From NCBI GenBank assembly GCA_028023455.1, contig JAQFVV010000002.1, forward strand, positions 3,224,001 through 3,288,000: a DNA stretch of 64,000 nt, written 5' to 3'. Shown here in pieces: positions 26,875 through 39,731 of the stretch. The stretch is from Epiperipatus broadwayi. Lineage: Eukaryota > Animalia > Onychophora. A program made the translations under genes and the position numbers. The notes under the pieces were generated by a model, which saw only the letters and a program-made list of their open reading frames with translations, was not told the DNA's origin and ran no database searches. Position 1 is the stretch's first letter; every line of letters starts with the position of its first letter.

Positions 26875-27290
26875 AACAAAATATTTTTTTATTTAAGTGT
26901 ATCCTGGAAAAATAAAAACAAAGTGAGAAAATTTTAAAATGAATCAAACAACTTGCTGGTTTTGATATTATAGAATCCCTCCTATTATAAAACTCCATCT
27001 TCATTGGATTGGACATATTAAATGAATGAACAATACAAGACATATTTAAAAAATGCTTTATAGTGAAATTGAGTACAGTTTTATTGGCAGAAGCAGACTT
27101 TGTTTATATTATAAAGATTATCTCAAAAACATTTTACAGAAGTGCAATATTGATAGTTTTCATTAAGATATATATATAAGGATAGAATACAATGGAAAAC
27201 TATAATGAGACAAGTGTTGAAACCTTTCAGAAAGAAAAAATTGATAACATCATTGAAAAATATCACATAAACAGAATAATTGACCAGCAT
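26875..27290 (+). mobile_element. RTE-clade LINE 3' remnant
   Basis: Reads HWIGHIK*MNNTRHI*KMLYSE..GRSRL..YKDYLKNILQKCNID, then DRIQW, matching the RTE C-terminal WLGHV.RM...R.PK..LY.EL..G.R..G.P..RYKD pattern. Confidence 0.8.
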
Positions 27291-28649
27291 ATTCTATACA
27301 TGGACATATTTGTGATTCACAGATTGATTTATATAGTAATTACAAAAATTATCTCTATTCAATTGTTGTTATTATTATTATTATTTGACTTTCTTTGTTT
27401 TTTCCATTAGAATTGAAAACTGACATATTCATTTACTAACGGCTTATCATAATTATTATAATAATTAATCTTAACAATTTAAAAGAAGATTCTAATTTAT
27501 ACATATGGATTTGTTTTTGTTTAGTTTATTTTGGTTAAAAATGCATAATTTACTACTTGATCAAGAAAGTTATGTAAAGCAAGATGCAATTTCTTAAAAA
27601 TTGTTTTCTTCAACTTTAGATTATTAAAATTTGGAAACCTAAATGACCGTCTCAAAATAATTAAATAGTAAATTATCTTAAATATACAGATGGTTTTATT
27701 TTTGTGACTACAATCAAAGATTCATATAGTGAAGATTAAAAAATAGATTTTAGTAAAACTAAAGCAATTTTTAATTGATTTATATTGTCTAAGGATATGC
27801 ATAATGGGAAAAAATTATAAAATCGGATAAATATCATCTATTGTTTCAATTGTTATCAAGTAAATTGAATTAAAATGAAATAAATAAATAAAATTGTTAG
27901 AAACATAGTCTTATGCTTATTTTTTTTTTTAAAATTATTATCACTGTGACTTGCTTATTATGTGTTATTTTGTTTAAGTATGAATTCTAAATTATTAAAT
28001 GACATCATGATAGCAAAAAGCCTGGAGTATACAATGTTTTGATTTAAAAATAAAAAATTATGAAAGATATGATAGATTCAAATCTACTATAGTGTTATAA
28101 TTATTTTAAAAAATATTCAGGTAAAATTTAAATGGCACAGGAAATTCAATGTTAGACTGAATTATAAGAAGTAAAAAAATTCTATATAATAGTACTTTTA
28201 TATAGAACCATTAAAAGCCAGTCAACACTTAGATAGATATAGATCAACAATTTCAAAATGTTGTCAAGGCAACCTCCTTTTAACAATGAAGATGGAATAA
28301 AGAAATTAACTGGATAATTAATAACGTGAAAGGCTGAACCCTTCGGCAGATGTGCTTTTAAAAATGCTTATGTAACAGCCAATCAGATGTAACAATGACT
28401 GCACATGGAACTCTTAATTCTAAAACACAAGCCAGAACTATTAGAAAAAGATGAGATCCACCTTCTTCTATGCTTAAATTTATATATAAATAAGCCAGAC
28501 TCAAACATCTCGAACTAAGAGCTTGAAGCTTACAACACCTTCACATTTAATTCACTAAATATTATATACTGTATAAATAAACAACGCGAAATCTTTCTAT
28601 TTACTACGAAGAATTTTCAAATCTAATGAAATAATAGTAACAAATGTAA

Positions 28650-28731
28650 ATATATTAAATTTATTAAACGCAAGCAGTTGACATAGTAATAGCGTTTAAT
28701 AAATCTAATAAGTTTAATAAATTTAATATAT
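28650..28731. repeat. Hairpin with a partially duplicated right arm
   Basis: atatattaaatttattaaacgc, a 20-nt spacer, then gcgtttaataaat and gtttaataaatttaatatat. Confidence 0.75.
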
Positions 28732-29954
28732 TAACTGGATAATTGTAAAGTTATTTGTGCAGCAATATTGGAGCTTTTTTTTAAATCTGTAGTAGTGAAA
28801 TGACTAAAAATAATAATGATGAATGATTATTATATTTTGATATTGTTTTTTTTTTTTTGCGTGCTGCATTATACAGACTTTATTTAAGTTTGCTTTAAAT
28901 CTATTCTAAGTACTGACTTTTTTTTCTGTTTGTTTTTAGCTTTTTTAAAAAATGAGTTTTGAGAGATAAATATTTTTATATTTTCATGTAATTCTTTTAA
29001 TACCAAATATTGATTCTATATATATTCAGATAAAAATCTCTCCCCTGCCCCAACATACATTGAATATTTTTTTATTTCCTTTTTGTGAAAACAAAAATCA
29101 ATAATAGTAATGTTTGTTTCATTTTTCATATAAGTTGTTTTTTGTGTTTATTTGTTTCATAAATTAAGTTGTTCATTCAATCTGACGTCTTGAGTATTAA
29201 AATCATTTATAAAGATTAGAAAGGAAAAGAAATAACACAGTTACAAATGTTTAATTAAAGAACAAATGAAATATTTATCATAAATACATTGAAAACAATA
29301 AATTGATCAGAAAATTACAAATTTTATGAATTTAAAAATAAAATACTTTAATTTTTAAATATATATAAAAATAATCATAATAAACACCCAACATGCACTG
29401 CCACACATGATTAATTTATTTTTTAAATACTTTAATTATTATACTTTGTGAATTATAGATTATATAATATATATGTTATATTGTCGTAAACAATATTTGC
29501 TAACTACAGAGTATATCCTCTATCCATTGATGGAATTGCTGTCAACACACCAATGTAGCAAAGAAAATGGTATTCAATGTGTTTCATATTTTTCATAAGA
29601 CATAAAAAAAAAAAGACTTGAAAATCTTAAAATAATATAAGTTTTTCATAAAACAAACCTGAAAGTACTATATTTACTGAAACAACCATGATTGAAAAAT
29701 CACTTTCAATAAGTGCTATGAACACTTTGCCTTCACCTATGCTGTTTCTATCATCCCTAATAACATTTTTCAATAAATGTTTCCATTGATCACACTTATT
29801 AAAAGAATTGTTTTTCAATCATTGTTTATTCATTCAATATATTATTTTCAGGTTTATTTTTTACCTACATGCTATTTATTTATTGCTTTGATTATTTAAT
29901 GAAAAATATATAACTTATCAATGAGTTTTTTTGTGTGCTACATTGATATATGGA

Positions 29955-30112
29955 TGTAAATAAGGCAAAACTCTCCATACAGTAGTGCCACCCTGTGCCA
30001 TTCAGAGTAATCAATGGATGCCAGAACGCTTGTGCATAAAATCCCTATCTAACAAGAGTTTTGCCTTGTTTATAAACAATTATGTGCTAGTATAAGAAAT
30101 GGTGATCATGTG
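29955..30112. repeat. Second, shorter fold-back of the same PLE 3' tip seen at 21497-22308
   Basis: agagtaatcaatggatgccagaa matches ~21540. gtataagaaatggtgatcatgtga matches ~22285. aaggcaaaactct and agagttttgcctt are inverted repeats. Confidence 0.8.
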
Positions 30113-31304
30113 ATATATGGATGGTGACTTCATTAATGGATAGATTACACATTCTATCAATGACCAATATTTTTTTCCAATAAATCCAGAAGTTTTGTAG
30201 TTTAATAGGTTATTAAAAATATAGTTTATTAATAAGCTCTGCAATACTGTCAAGGAATCCACTGTAAATAAGAATTAAATAAAGCCAAAAAAAATTATAG
30301 CAATTTAAAATTAAGAGAAGTAAATACAATGATGTCTGGATTATTTTTGCTGTGTTGAAGAATATCTCAGAGCTAATGGGACTCCTATCTATGTATGTCT
30401 CACAAGATTGAGTCATAACATTAGAACTGATTTGCAGAGAATAGATCACTATGGAAGAGGAAAATATGTTTTCTGGTTAAGAAATGTAAATAATGTTATC
30501 ATTATGATTATTAACATAAAAATTTGCAATTCAAATTTACTCACATGTCTTAATTACTCATAAGGTTTTATCATGTTTTGAAAATGTTAAAATAATAGTA
30601 AAATAAATAAATTTACAAATATTGATTAATTAAATAAGACTCTACTACAACTATTATAAGAAAACATTCTCTTTCTTTTAAAATGTAAAAAGTTTTAAGT
30701 TGGACATTGCAGGGCAAATATTTCTCAAACAATCTCTTATAATGCAACACTTTATCAGGTTTTCCATTTCCTGGACAGTAAGGCTTTGGGTAAATTTACA
30801 TCTTTGTTTTATCCCTAAATATGGATAAATCCCCATTTACTACTCAATAATGAATTGGCTATGAGCCAACTATCTAAAAATCAAATCAGAATTCTGATGA
30901 AAAAAAATTCAAGTTTAGACAACTTAGATTCAAAACCAGACCGTAAGCCAAGAAAAATGAAAGTTTCATAGAGCAGCCCAAAGTCTTTTTTTAAAAAAAA
31001 TATATTGTTATTGAAATGTTAAGTGATCCATAAAAAATAATTTTCATATATTCATTTTCAAAACATTAATTCAAAATAAGTTATTTGTATTCATAGATGG
31101 TTATTTTTGTAAACAGATAAATGTCATCTCACATTTGATAATTTTTTTTAAAAAAGGTTTAAAGCATAATTAGTAGATTTAAACTAATACATTTTTCAAT
31201 CACTTCTTACAAAATGGTCAAACAATCGTAAACTTTTTCTACTTTTATATGATATTTTGTAATAAAATTTATAAACTTATGATATTAAGTAAAATTAATA
31301 ACAT

Positions 31305-31730
31305 ATAAATATATCAGACCTTATATTAAAGTGGTATTGTTGATAGCTCAAGGGTTGATTAATATCATCTACATTTATAAACCTATTAAAGCTTTGAGTA
31401 ATTGGCTTTATTGTCTTAGTACATATATACTCTATATGGAATTTTGAAGTTTTAAATGACTATTTATTAATCTGCTTTTAGAATCTGGAAGTTGTAATTA
31501 ATTATTTATTAGTCTGTTTTTAGAACTGGTAATATTAGACTGATTAATGAAGTTTATTTAAACTTGTTTGCATTATTAATCTTATATTCCTTAGTCTATT
31601 TGCAATCTTTAGTGTCTATACAAACATATCAGACCATATATAAAGGGTGGTACCACTTTTATTGTTTAAAGAGGTTGCTTTGACTACAGGTTGAGATTGT
31701 TGATGGCTTAAGGGTTGATTATTATCAACT
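31305..31730. repeat. Pair of related repeats ~315 bp apart, with an inverted relative at ~28240-28290
   Basis: atatcagacc..ttgttgat.gct.aagggttgatt occurs at ~31311-31360 and ~31627-31720. aggttgctttgac is near-complementary to gtcaaggcaacct (28263). Confidence 0.55.
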
Positions 31731-33616
31731 AGAAAAAATAATACATGTTCAGTTTTATAAACTTTATTTTATTTTACTTTTTAAATTTTGGATATGTTGG
31801 TTAAAAAGTCATGTGATAGAGGAACACCAAAACCATTTGAGCACACTAATTCTCTTTAAAAATATTCACAACAAGGAATTGATTTATTTTTGCTTTTCTC
31901 TGCTGAAATACATACAAAAAAAAATTATTTGTTAAACTTTTATTATCATAGGATGAATTAATCTGCTCCAGAATCATTTATGATTAAATTGGAATCAATT
32001 AAATTATGTAGTGTGCTATTTAAAAAAATTAATGGTACTTTTATTTACATAAGCGATATAACTTTTATTACTGACAAATTAATTATTAAATCCTTCACAA
32101 AAGTAAACTACGATAGTGCTATCACATTTGATATTTTAGGCAGCATGGTGGTGTTACTTTTCTATGGTGCTTTAAAGCATTGTATATGTTAAATTACAGT
32201 GTGCAACAAGTTGCAGCGATTCTTTCCTTAAAGCTTCTACTTTTAATGTATTAATTTTAAAAAAATTCCAAGAGATGTCATCAGTATATGGACCTTTATC
32301 TGTGATTGACAACATATTTTATTGTTTTGATAAAACTATGAAGGAGGTGGCAAATTGTGATTGGCTGATGCCTTAGATTTTTTTTCCCTGTGGCTAAATG
32401 TCACAAAAACATAATTTTGAGTAACTGTTAATAATTATGATACGATATTTTTGTAAAAGACATTACTAAACCAAAAACTATGTCACTAGTAGGAGTTTGT
32501 CTTTGAAAATATTTTATTTTTAAAAAGACAGTTCTTAGAAAAAACAGAAAATACAAGAAACAGAAATTGGTATGAAAACAATAATTACAGATTGAAAAGA
32601 AAATCATTACTAAGTGAAATATTTTAACAATAATTAATAATTTAGTAACTTTTAGATTTTTGTTTGTTTCTTTGATGATAACTAATTTTAAATATATCAT
32701 TTTTTAATAACATAAAATTCTAATATCTAATATTTCATTCTTTTAACTTTTTGAATAAGTATTGTGAAGCCAGTAACGATGAGTTTCTTTGTTATCAGTA
32801 AGATTTTCAGTTAGATACTTATTTTCACAATTTTAAAATATTAATTTAAAACATATTTTTATTTTAATTATTAGAAAGCTTAAATATATATAAAAAAAGA
32901 TTTAATTGCACATACAAAAAATCAAACATGGCATCATAATAAAAATATTAATTGCTAGAGTCTATTCAAAAATTTTCCAGGCAGGGTTGACTTAAAATAT
33001 AGTGATTATAAGTAGATTTACTTTTAAAAAGCATTGTATGGCTGGATTTACTTTTAATTTAGTCCTGGCATATAAATGTAAAATAAAATTATCAACATTA
33101 AAATGTTTCATAACTTGAAAATACATATACACAAACCACATTAACAATGATCATATATATTAACTTTATGATTTTTTTTCAGGCATATACATATAACTAT
33201 TGAAATATATTGGCAACTTATTCATGTAAAATTTCAGTTACAGTGTAACTACATGACCACCAACTAAAACTGTTATTGCCAATTGAAAACATACGATCTA
33301 GTAATAACAATAGTAATTGACTGAATAATATAGTTATTACTAAATGATCTGGTTATAATTTGTTCTATCAGTTTTAATTGGTTGTTGCTAGATTTCATCA
33401 TAGTTGAAATTTTATCTATTTTATTACAAAGAAAAGATGTTATATTTCAACATGTTCCCCTTTTAGCTAAATTTAGGTCAGACAAATATTATTAGAACCA
33501 GATCATATGTTTCTGTCATGTTCTGCAATGTTTATTTAATTGTTGTTTGATTACATTGTATCTGAAATTTTATTTACATTATCACATGAAAAAAAATCCC
33601 ATGATATTTCAGTGTT

Positions 33617-33890
33617 TATATATATATAATTAAGTCTTTATGTCATTTGTCAAATGATAAGATCAGGTTATGTGATTAAAAAAATATTGTTCAGTCCTTA
33701 CCAAGGAGTCCATAACACTTTTGTCTGCCTTTATAATTAACATTCTATAAAAATATCTGCCAATGCATTAAGATTTTGATGTAAAGTTATAAAACTTCCT
33801 TGTTAAGAAATGATCAATAATTTATTAATCATATATCCTGATTTAATCATCTGACAAATGACATGAAGTTTTAATTATATATATATATAT
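33617..33890. repeat. TA-flanked fold-back or MITE-like palindrome, centre ~33750
   Basis: ataattaagtctttatgtcatttgtcaaatgat pairs with atcatctgacaaatgacatgaagttttaattat. Inner cttaccaaggag pairs with ttccttgttaag. Confidence 0.8.
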
Positions 33891-34251
33891 TGAATGGAAT
33901 ACTTGAAATTAACAGTTTTAATCAGTCACCAAAATCAAATAGAGGTACAGATAGACAATAGTATAAAGTTGATTATAAAGAGAGAACAACTTATTTGATC
34001 ATAAACAATTTTAATTGCACTTAAAGATAATCACTTAAGGTTCAATATATCACCTGTTTATACAACTAGAAACACAAACACATGAATTTATATGTGCATG
34101 TTTGAATGTTTTTAACTAATGGTAAATTTTTAATGTTATAAGATTGTAGGTTATTTAAACAAAGAGCTTTGGTAATTTCTCAACAAGCTTTGAGATAAAT
34201 GTTAGCAAGAGAAAGCATTTAAAATATCTCTATCTGAAAACCATACCCATC

Positions 34252-34292
34252 CCCTGACCAATGGTTCCATGCTTTTGGCACTCATCAGAGGG
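34252..34292 (-). ncRNA. Type I hammerhead motif (separate family), with A13G
   Basis: CCCU CUGAUGA GUGC CAAAA GCAU GGA ACCAUUGGU C AGGG. 4-bp helix I, 4-bp helix II, 3-bp near-palindromic helix III, GUC triplet. Confidence 0.65.
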
Positions 34293-34669
34293 GCTTTGTT
34301 TGTAAGTTTTTATACAGACTTTTACTAACAATTTAAAAATGGGAAAAAAAAAATCAATCATTTAAGGATTTTTCTATTTATTTGGATATTTATAATATCA
34401 TTTCCAGACCATCTAAAAGTATCAATTTAAAAATTAATCTGCATTTAATCAAAAATTTAATTAATTTATCCCTAATCATTGGGAGTGGGAAATCTTTTTA
34501 ACTTAAGTCCAATTTTAATTTTCGTTTTTTAAATGAAGACCACATGTTGTTTTTTTTATAAATTAAAAATAAAATAACATTGATGATTATTTTACATCTA
34601 ATGATAACTTTTTTAATTCATCTTATAATTATTCTTCTTGGCATATTTATATTCTTGATTTCTATAGCG

Positions 34670-35090
34670 GCCTGGGTGTCAAACTCCCATTTAAAAATGG
34701 TTTCAAAATTTTCTGTCTTTTTTTAAAAAAATTATGTAATCTTGCTTTCACAGAATTTTCTGACATTTATAATTTTTATGAAACCTGTCATCACTGATGA
34801 AGCTCCTTTTCAAGTTTTCTATTTTAATATTTCTTTTTTCCCAAAAATTTTGTTGCAATCAGAATGTTTTGATAAACAGGGTCTCTCTTATTAACTGAAA
34901 TATTTTCCAAATGTATCAAGTGCATCAATTTACTATTTCCATAAAAATGTATGTGCTGATTCATTTCTTTTGAAATACATGATTTTCTGTGCCAATTTTT
35001 TTATCTTACTCAATAGAGTTTAGTTACTGTACACTTCTGAAAGAATTTTATTGTAAAGTTTTAAAGTTGTTAAATTACATCATGCTATGA
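34670..35090 (-). mobile_element. Possible Charlie/SPIN-like hAT remnant
   Basis: cctgggtgtcaaactc resembles a CAGGGGTGTCAAACTC TIR. The minus strand gives GASSVMTGF, similar to TDGAP.MTG. Confidence 0.35.
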
Positions 35091-36789
35091 GTGAATAGGT
35101 CATCACAATTTCTCTGCCCAGCTCTGGTGCAGCTGAGTATGGAGTTCCCTCATATTATAGGATGCCATGGTGATAAAACCTTCACATTTAACAATCAGGT
35201 TGCTGACATGTTATGTCATTACTATCAACACAAAGCCCCAATGTATAATATCACAGAGTGACCAGCCATTTCTACTATTTGCCAACATCCTTCAAAGAAA
35301 AGTCATATAGTTAATAATCTAGTTTTAAGAGTCTCTACCTCTCCCTGATCACCACCCTAAAAAAAATGAAGTAGTATGTGGGTTGGAATGAGTTGTGGTG
35401 GTGAAATCACCCTGGTGGTGATTTTGCTGATATTAGCTCATTCTGACCATTACAATATATATATATATTAATTCTAATGTTTTCACGTAAATTAATATAT
35501 ATATAAACATTACAAGAATAAAGCTAAACTAGTCAATATAAAATCAAAACTACCCCAAATCTAAAATTAAACCAGACCAGCATATATATATACATTTAAA
35601 GTGCCAGATCTTAGATCATCAATGGATTGTGGCATTGTATATAGTTTTATATATAAATAAATTTACTGTAATATTTGATAAATTAATAGTTTTATGCATA
35701 TTTTCTTCAATAGCAGTACTATCAGAGAGAATCATGATCTATTCCAGTTATAAAAATACTATGTTATATGGTTATGAAATGAAAAAAAGAAAATATGAAA
35801 ATAAGTCTTTAAAGGGAATAGGTTTAATTTTTTTTTCATTATTAGTTTATTTTATAACATTAAAGGAGAATATAATGACTACAGTGTCAGTCAGTAAATC
35901 ACAGACACCTGAGAGTTAAGAGCACTTTTATGAGAGAATTAGGGTTAAACCCAATCTTAATCATCTACCAGCTTCTGTAAAAAACTGTGGTTTTCCAATT
36001 GAACTGTGAAGAGTTGTTTAAACAGTAGATAAACACTAAACCTATATCCCTCTAACACAATTTCAATTAATATTCATTAAAATTTGACTGTTACAAAGTA
36101 CAGTAAGCTCCGATATCCATTGCATTTTGTTCCAAACCTTTTTGTGAATATCTAAAACTATAGATAATAGCAAATATTATATAATATACATGTATAAATA
36201 TACACATCACCCTTATATTACTATTGAATTTTAACAATGTACACTTTAGAATATCCTCAAAAATAATTAACAAAACAGTAAAATTATATAATTATAAAAA
36301 AATTGTATAGTAAAAAAAGCTTAAAGCAATTTCATGTTGATTTTAAATATAAGCTGAGTTCATAAAGAATGTACAAGTTAAAAAAAGTGAATGACTGAAA
36401 GATTATTTACAATGGCATTTATACTGGTAAGAATGCATATTCACATCTTGGTTGGTGAATCTATAAATATAGGGCATCTATTGCAAATATATATAATTTT
36501 AACAGACATCGATATAAAAATATATCCAGTTTTGTCTATGTATAATTAACAATATTATTATAACAACATTCTAGCTAGGTCATATTAGCAGTTAATTCAA
36601 TAAGAAATATTCTTTTAATAATCACTGTAGAAGCACTGGAAGAAACAAACACATTGAAAAAAATTATATGGTCACCCAATAAAGGTGAAACCAAAAAAAA
36701 AAATTAAATGTGAAATAAATGAAGATGATGATAGATGAATATTGTGATATAAAATTAACAGGTATTTTGACTAATGTGTTTACAATATT

Positions 36790-37090
36790 TTTTAAATGAG
36801 AGATGATTTCAATGTTTCATTTTATTTGTTGATTCAAGCTGGTTTCCTAAGTATCTTGGTAATCTCTGCTATTTTTTGATAGTGAGTGCCACATATGGAT
36901 AGTGTTCAGTATCCACAATATGAAGAAACAATGCTAATGATAATGAGTGTCACATTAGCGTGTTCTTCTTTCATAGCACTGGTAAGATGACTATTCATAT
37001 CCATATAAGAGGCTTTACAAATTTCATTAGAGATTTCATAAACTCCATGAGTCTCAAAAAGGATTGAATTCTTAGATATGAATAAAATAT
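36790..37090 (-). mobile_element. Penelope-like GIY-YIG endonuclease remnant
   Basis: THGVYEISNEICKASYMDMNSHLTSAMKEEH, then SLALFLHIVDTEH after a frameshift. Matches GVY.IPC..C...YIG.T.R.L..R.KEH..SAL..H...GH. Confidence 0.7.
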
Positions 37091-39690
37091 GACTATTTTT
37101 TTGATTAGCAATATATGTAGTGTGTATGTTCTAACATTTCACAATATGTCCAACAATATCTGCATTTCATTTTCTATAAAATGCACAAATTTTAATGCTT
37201 ATTGCTTTATTTTTTTTTTGTTTATTATTATTATTATTATTTAGGGCCTGATCTAAGATATTATTTATGATTATTTTATTGAAATTATTAGTTATAAAAG
37301 TATGGCTTTCATAACATTTCTTTCCATATGCAGGAGTATTTGCAAGTTTAATTGCTCTAATAAAAATAATCTTTGCTAAAGAAAAAAATTTGATTTGGAT
37401 GGTGATGAGATGAAAATCTTAAGTATTTAACTGAATGCATTTCTTTTTCCAGAAAATAAAAAATAACAAAGGAATATATTGGTGTTTATTTTTTTGGTGA
37501 CAAATACATCAAAAAGGGAAAGCATCCAAGTAAAAAGTTTTTAAAAGCACTGATACTAAAGCATGTATTTCTATACTTTACATAAATAAATAAAATTGAG
37601 ATAATCCATTAGTTCTAAACATTTATACATAATGCTTATCATTATGAATGAAATAATATTCAAAAGGCAATCAGTTATGATTTGAAACATTATATAATTG
37701 CTATATTCCAGACAATATCTTTTAGTTGATTTCTAATTTTTTAAAAAAATATTTTATTGAATTAATAATTCATATATATATATATAAACATAAAAAGACT
37801 AACCTATCTCTATTTGAATATACATTTATTATTTTTTTATAAATATAAACAGACATGCATTAAATATGTTAGTTACAGAAAATATTGCTTATCTTATACA
37901 TTCAAATACCCATGTTTAACTTATTCCATTTGTTATTTGTGTTTTAAATGACTAGAAAAATAAAAACATTTTTGTTATCATAATTGAATGTATATTAGTC
38001 TCCATAAGCTCATATCTTATTCCAAAACAATGCCACAAATACCAAATTTTTCAGATAACAGTAAATCATACTACAATATACATATTTAACACAGATGTAT
38101 ATGCACATATATATAGGTATGTTTATATGCTATATATGAACTATGAATAAAAACAATTAAAATTGTATAAAATTAAAATATAATTCTTATTAATTTTTTT
38201 AAATTGCTGATATTTGAAATAGTATTATATATATATTTAAAAAATATCTGTATGGCCATAAATGTATGTAGATTAAATATCTCCACAGGTATTAAAATTT
38301 ATAATTGATGAAATATATCTAAAATCTTTATTAATTATATCTAATGAAAAATGGATTCTATATTAATTATTTCTCATATTTTTTAAAAATAATTTATTTT
38401 ACCAGATTATTCAGTCTGCCTCAGAGACACATCTGTATTTTTTTTTTTTCCTTTTCTAAGTGTATGCATGTTATATAGATACTATTAAATTATTTTTTTG
38501 TTTGTTTGCTCTCTATTTTGGAAAGATGTATAGTGAAGTAGTATATATTGAGACAGCAGATGTCAGAACTTTTCTGTATTTATAGATTATAATGAAAACA
38601 GATAATGATAAAATATTACTTAGCAATACCACTTTCTTTATAGGATTATGAAATTTAACATTTTATTTGAGCCTATGATAACAGTGAAATTTAAATTTTC
38701 TAAACACAATAAATACAAAAACTTAACTTTAGCAGATTATATTAGTTAAAATCAAAAAAACAAAAAACAAATAGAGAAGCATTAAAATAACAATATAAGC
38801 ATCAGAGACTCTTTCTAATTCTTATTGTTTTTTTTAAAAAAGAATAACCCTAATGTAGGAATTTAATTAACTATAGAACATCACAAAAAAAATTCATATC
38901 TTTTTAATTTCATGAAGTCAATGATAACTTTGATTTATTTTTTATTCTATCTTATTTTATTACATATATAATTTTTTAATTAAAACAATATTTTTTCAAA
39001 ATAAAATAATAAGAATATATAGTGAGAAACATAAGAAATTGTACAATTCTATAAATTTCTATGATAAAAGCTAATTAATAAATTTCATTTTAACAATCCA
39101 TTTTTTAAAATATTTGTTAAATATAGAATATTAACTTTCATCTCTCTTTTATTTTATAAACTTATATATTTATTCACACATTTACTTTTTATATTTACAT
39201 TTATTTATCACACATTTTACATTCGTGTTATTTTTAATATTGGATTTTTATTGATTTATTTCATGTTAGACTTAGATTTACTTCACTCTTATGGAAAAAT
39301 TCTAAAACTGCATAATGCTTTTTTTAACTCTCATAATAATATCATTTCATTTAGAGAAAGAAAAACAAAATTAGAAATAAATAGAATAACACTTATTTAA
39401 TAATATAATGTATTATAGAGGGCATGATCTCTCTTAAAAACACATATCATCATAATATAATTAATAATAAATGTGTTTAATATATATATTTCAAATTTAA
39501 TCATAACTATCACAGTGACATTTTAAAACCTGGATGTCAAATATTAAATCAAGAAAAATTATAAGCAACAATTTATTTTGTTAAGAGATTTTTCAGTGTA
39601 TTAAAAAGACTGGCAGATCCTTCAACAAACAATACATTATTTAATTATTCTTTCTTATTGTATTGTAACAGTTGACATTAGGAGATATAA

Positions 39691-39731
39691 AGTTCTGAAG
39701 AAGATTTCTGGGGCAATCGAAACTGTCAACT
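39691..39731 (+). ncRNA. Minimal hammerhead motif (separate family)
   Basis: AGUU CUGAAGA A GAUU UCUGGGGC AAUC GAA ACUGU C AACU. Intact core, 4-bp helices I and II, helix III ACUGU (possibly ACUAGU with one A lost). Confidence 0.6.

Noticed and set aside
28258-28641. Possible solo LTR (TG..CA with CCAAT, TATA, AATAAA)
   Set aside because: No target-site duplication, and the boundaries are arbitrary.
29627-29818. Minus-strand ORF with possible splice sites (CDQWKHLLKNVIRDDRNSIG)
   Set aside because: No recognisable homology, and no partner exons found.
32195-32400. Possible mariner N-terminal remnant (QEMSSVYGP after tacagtgtgcaac)
   Set aside because: Single weak motif and no second TIR.
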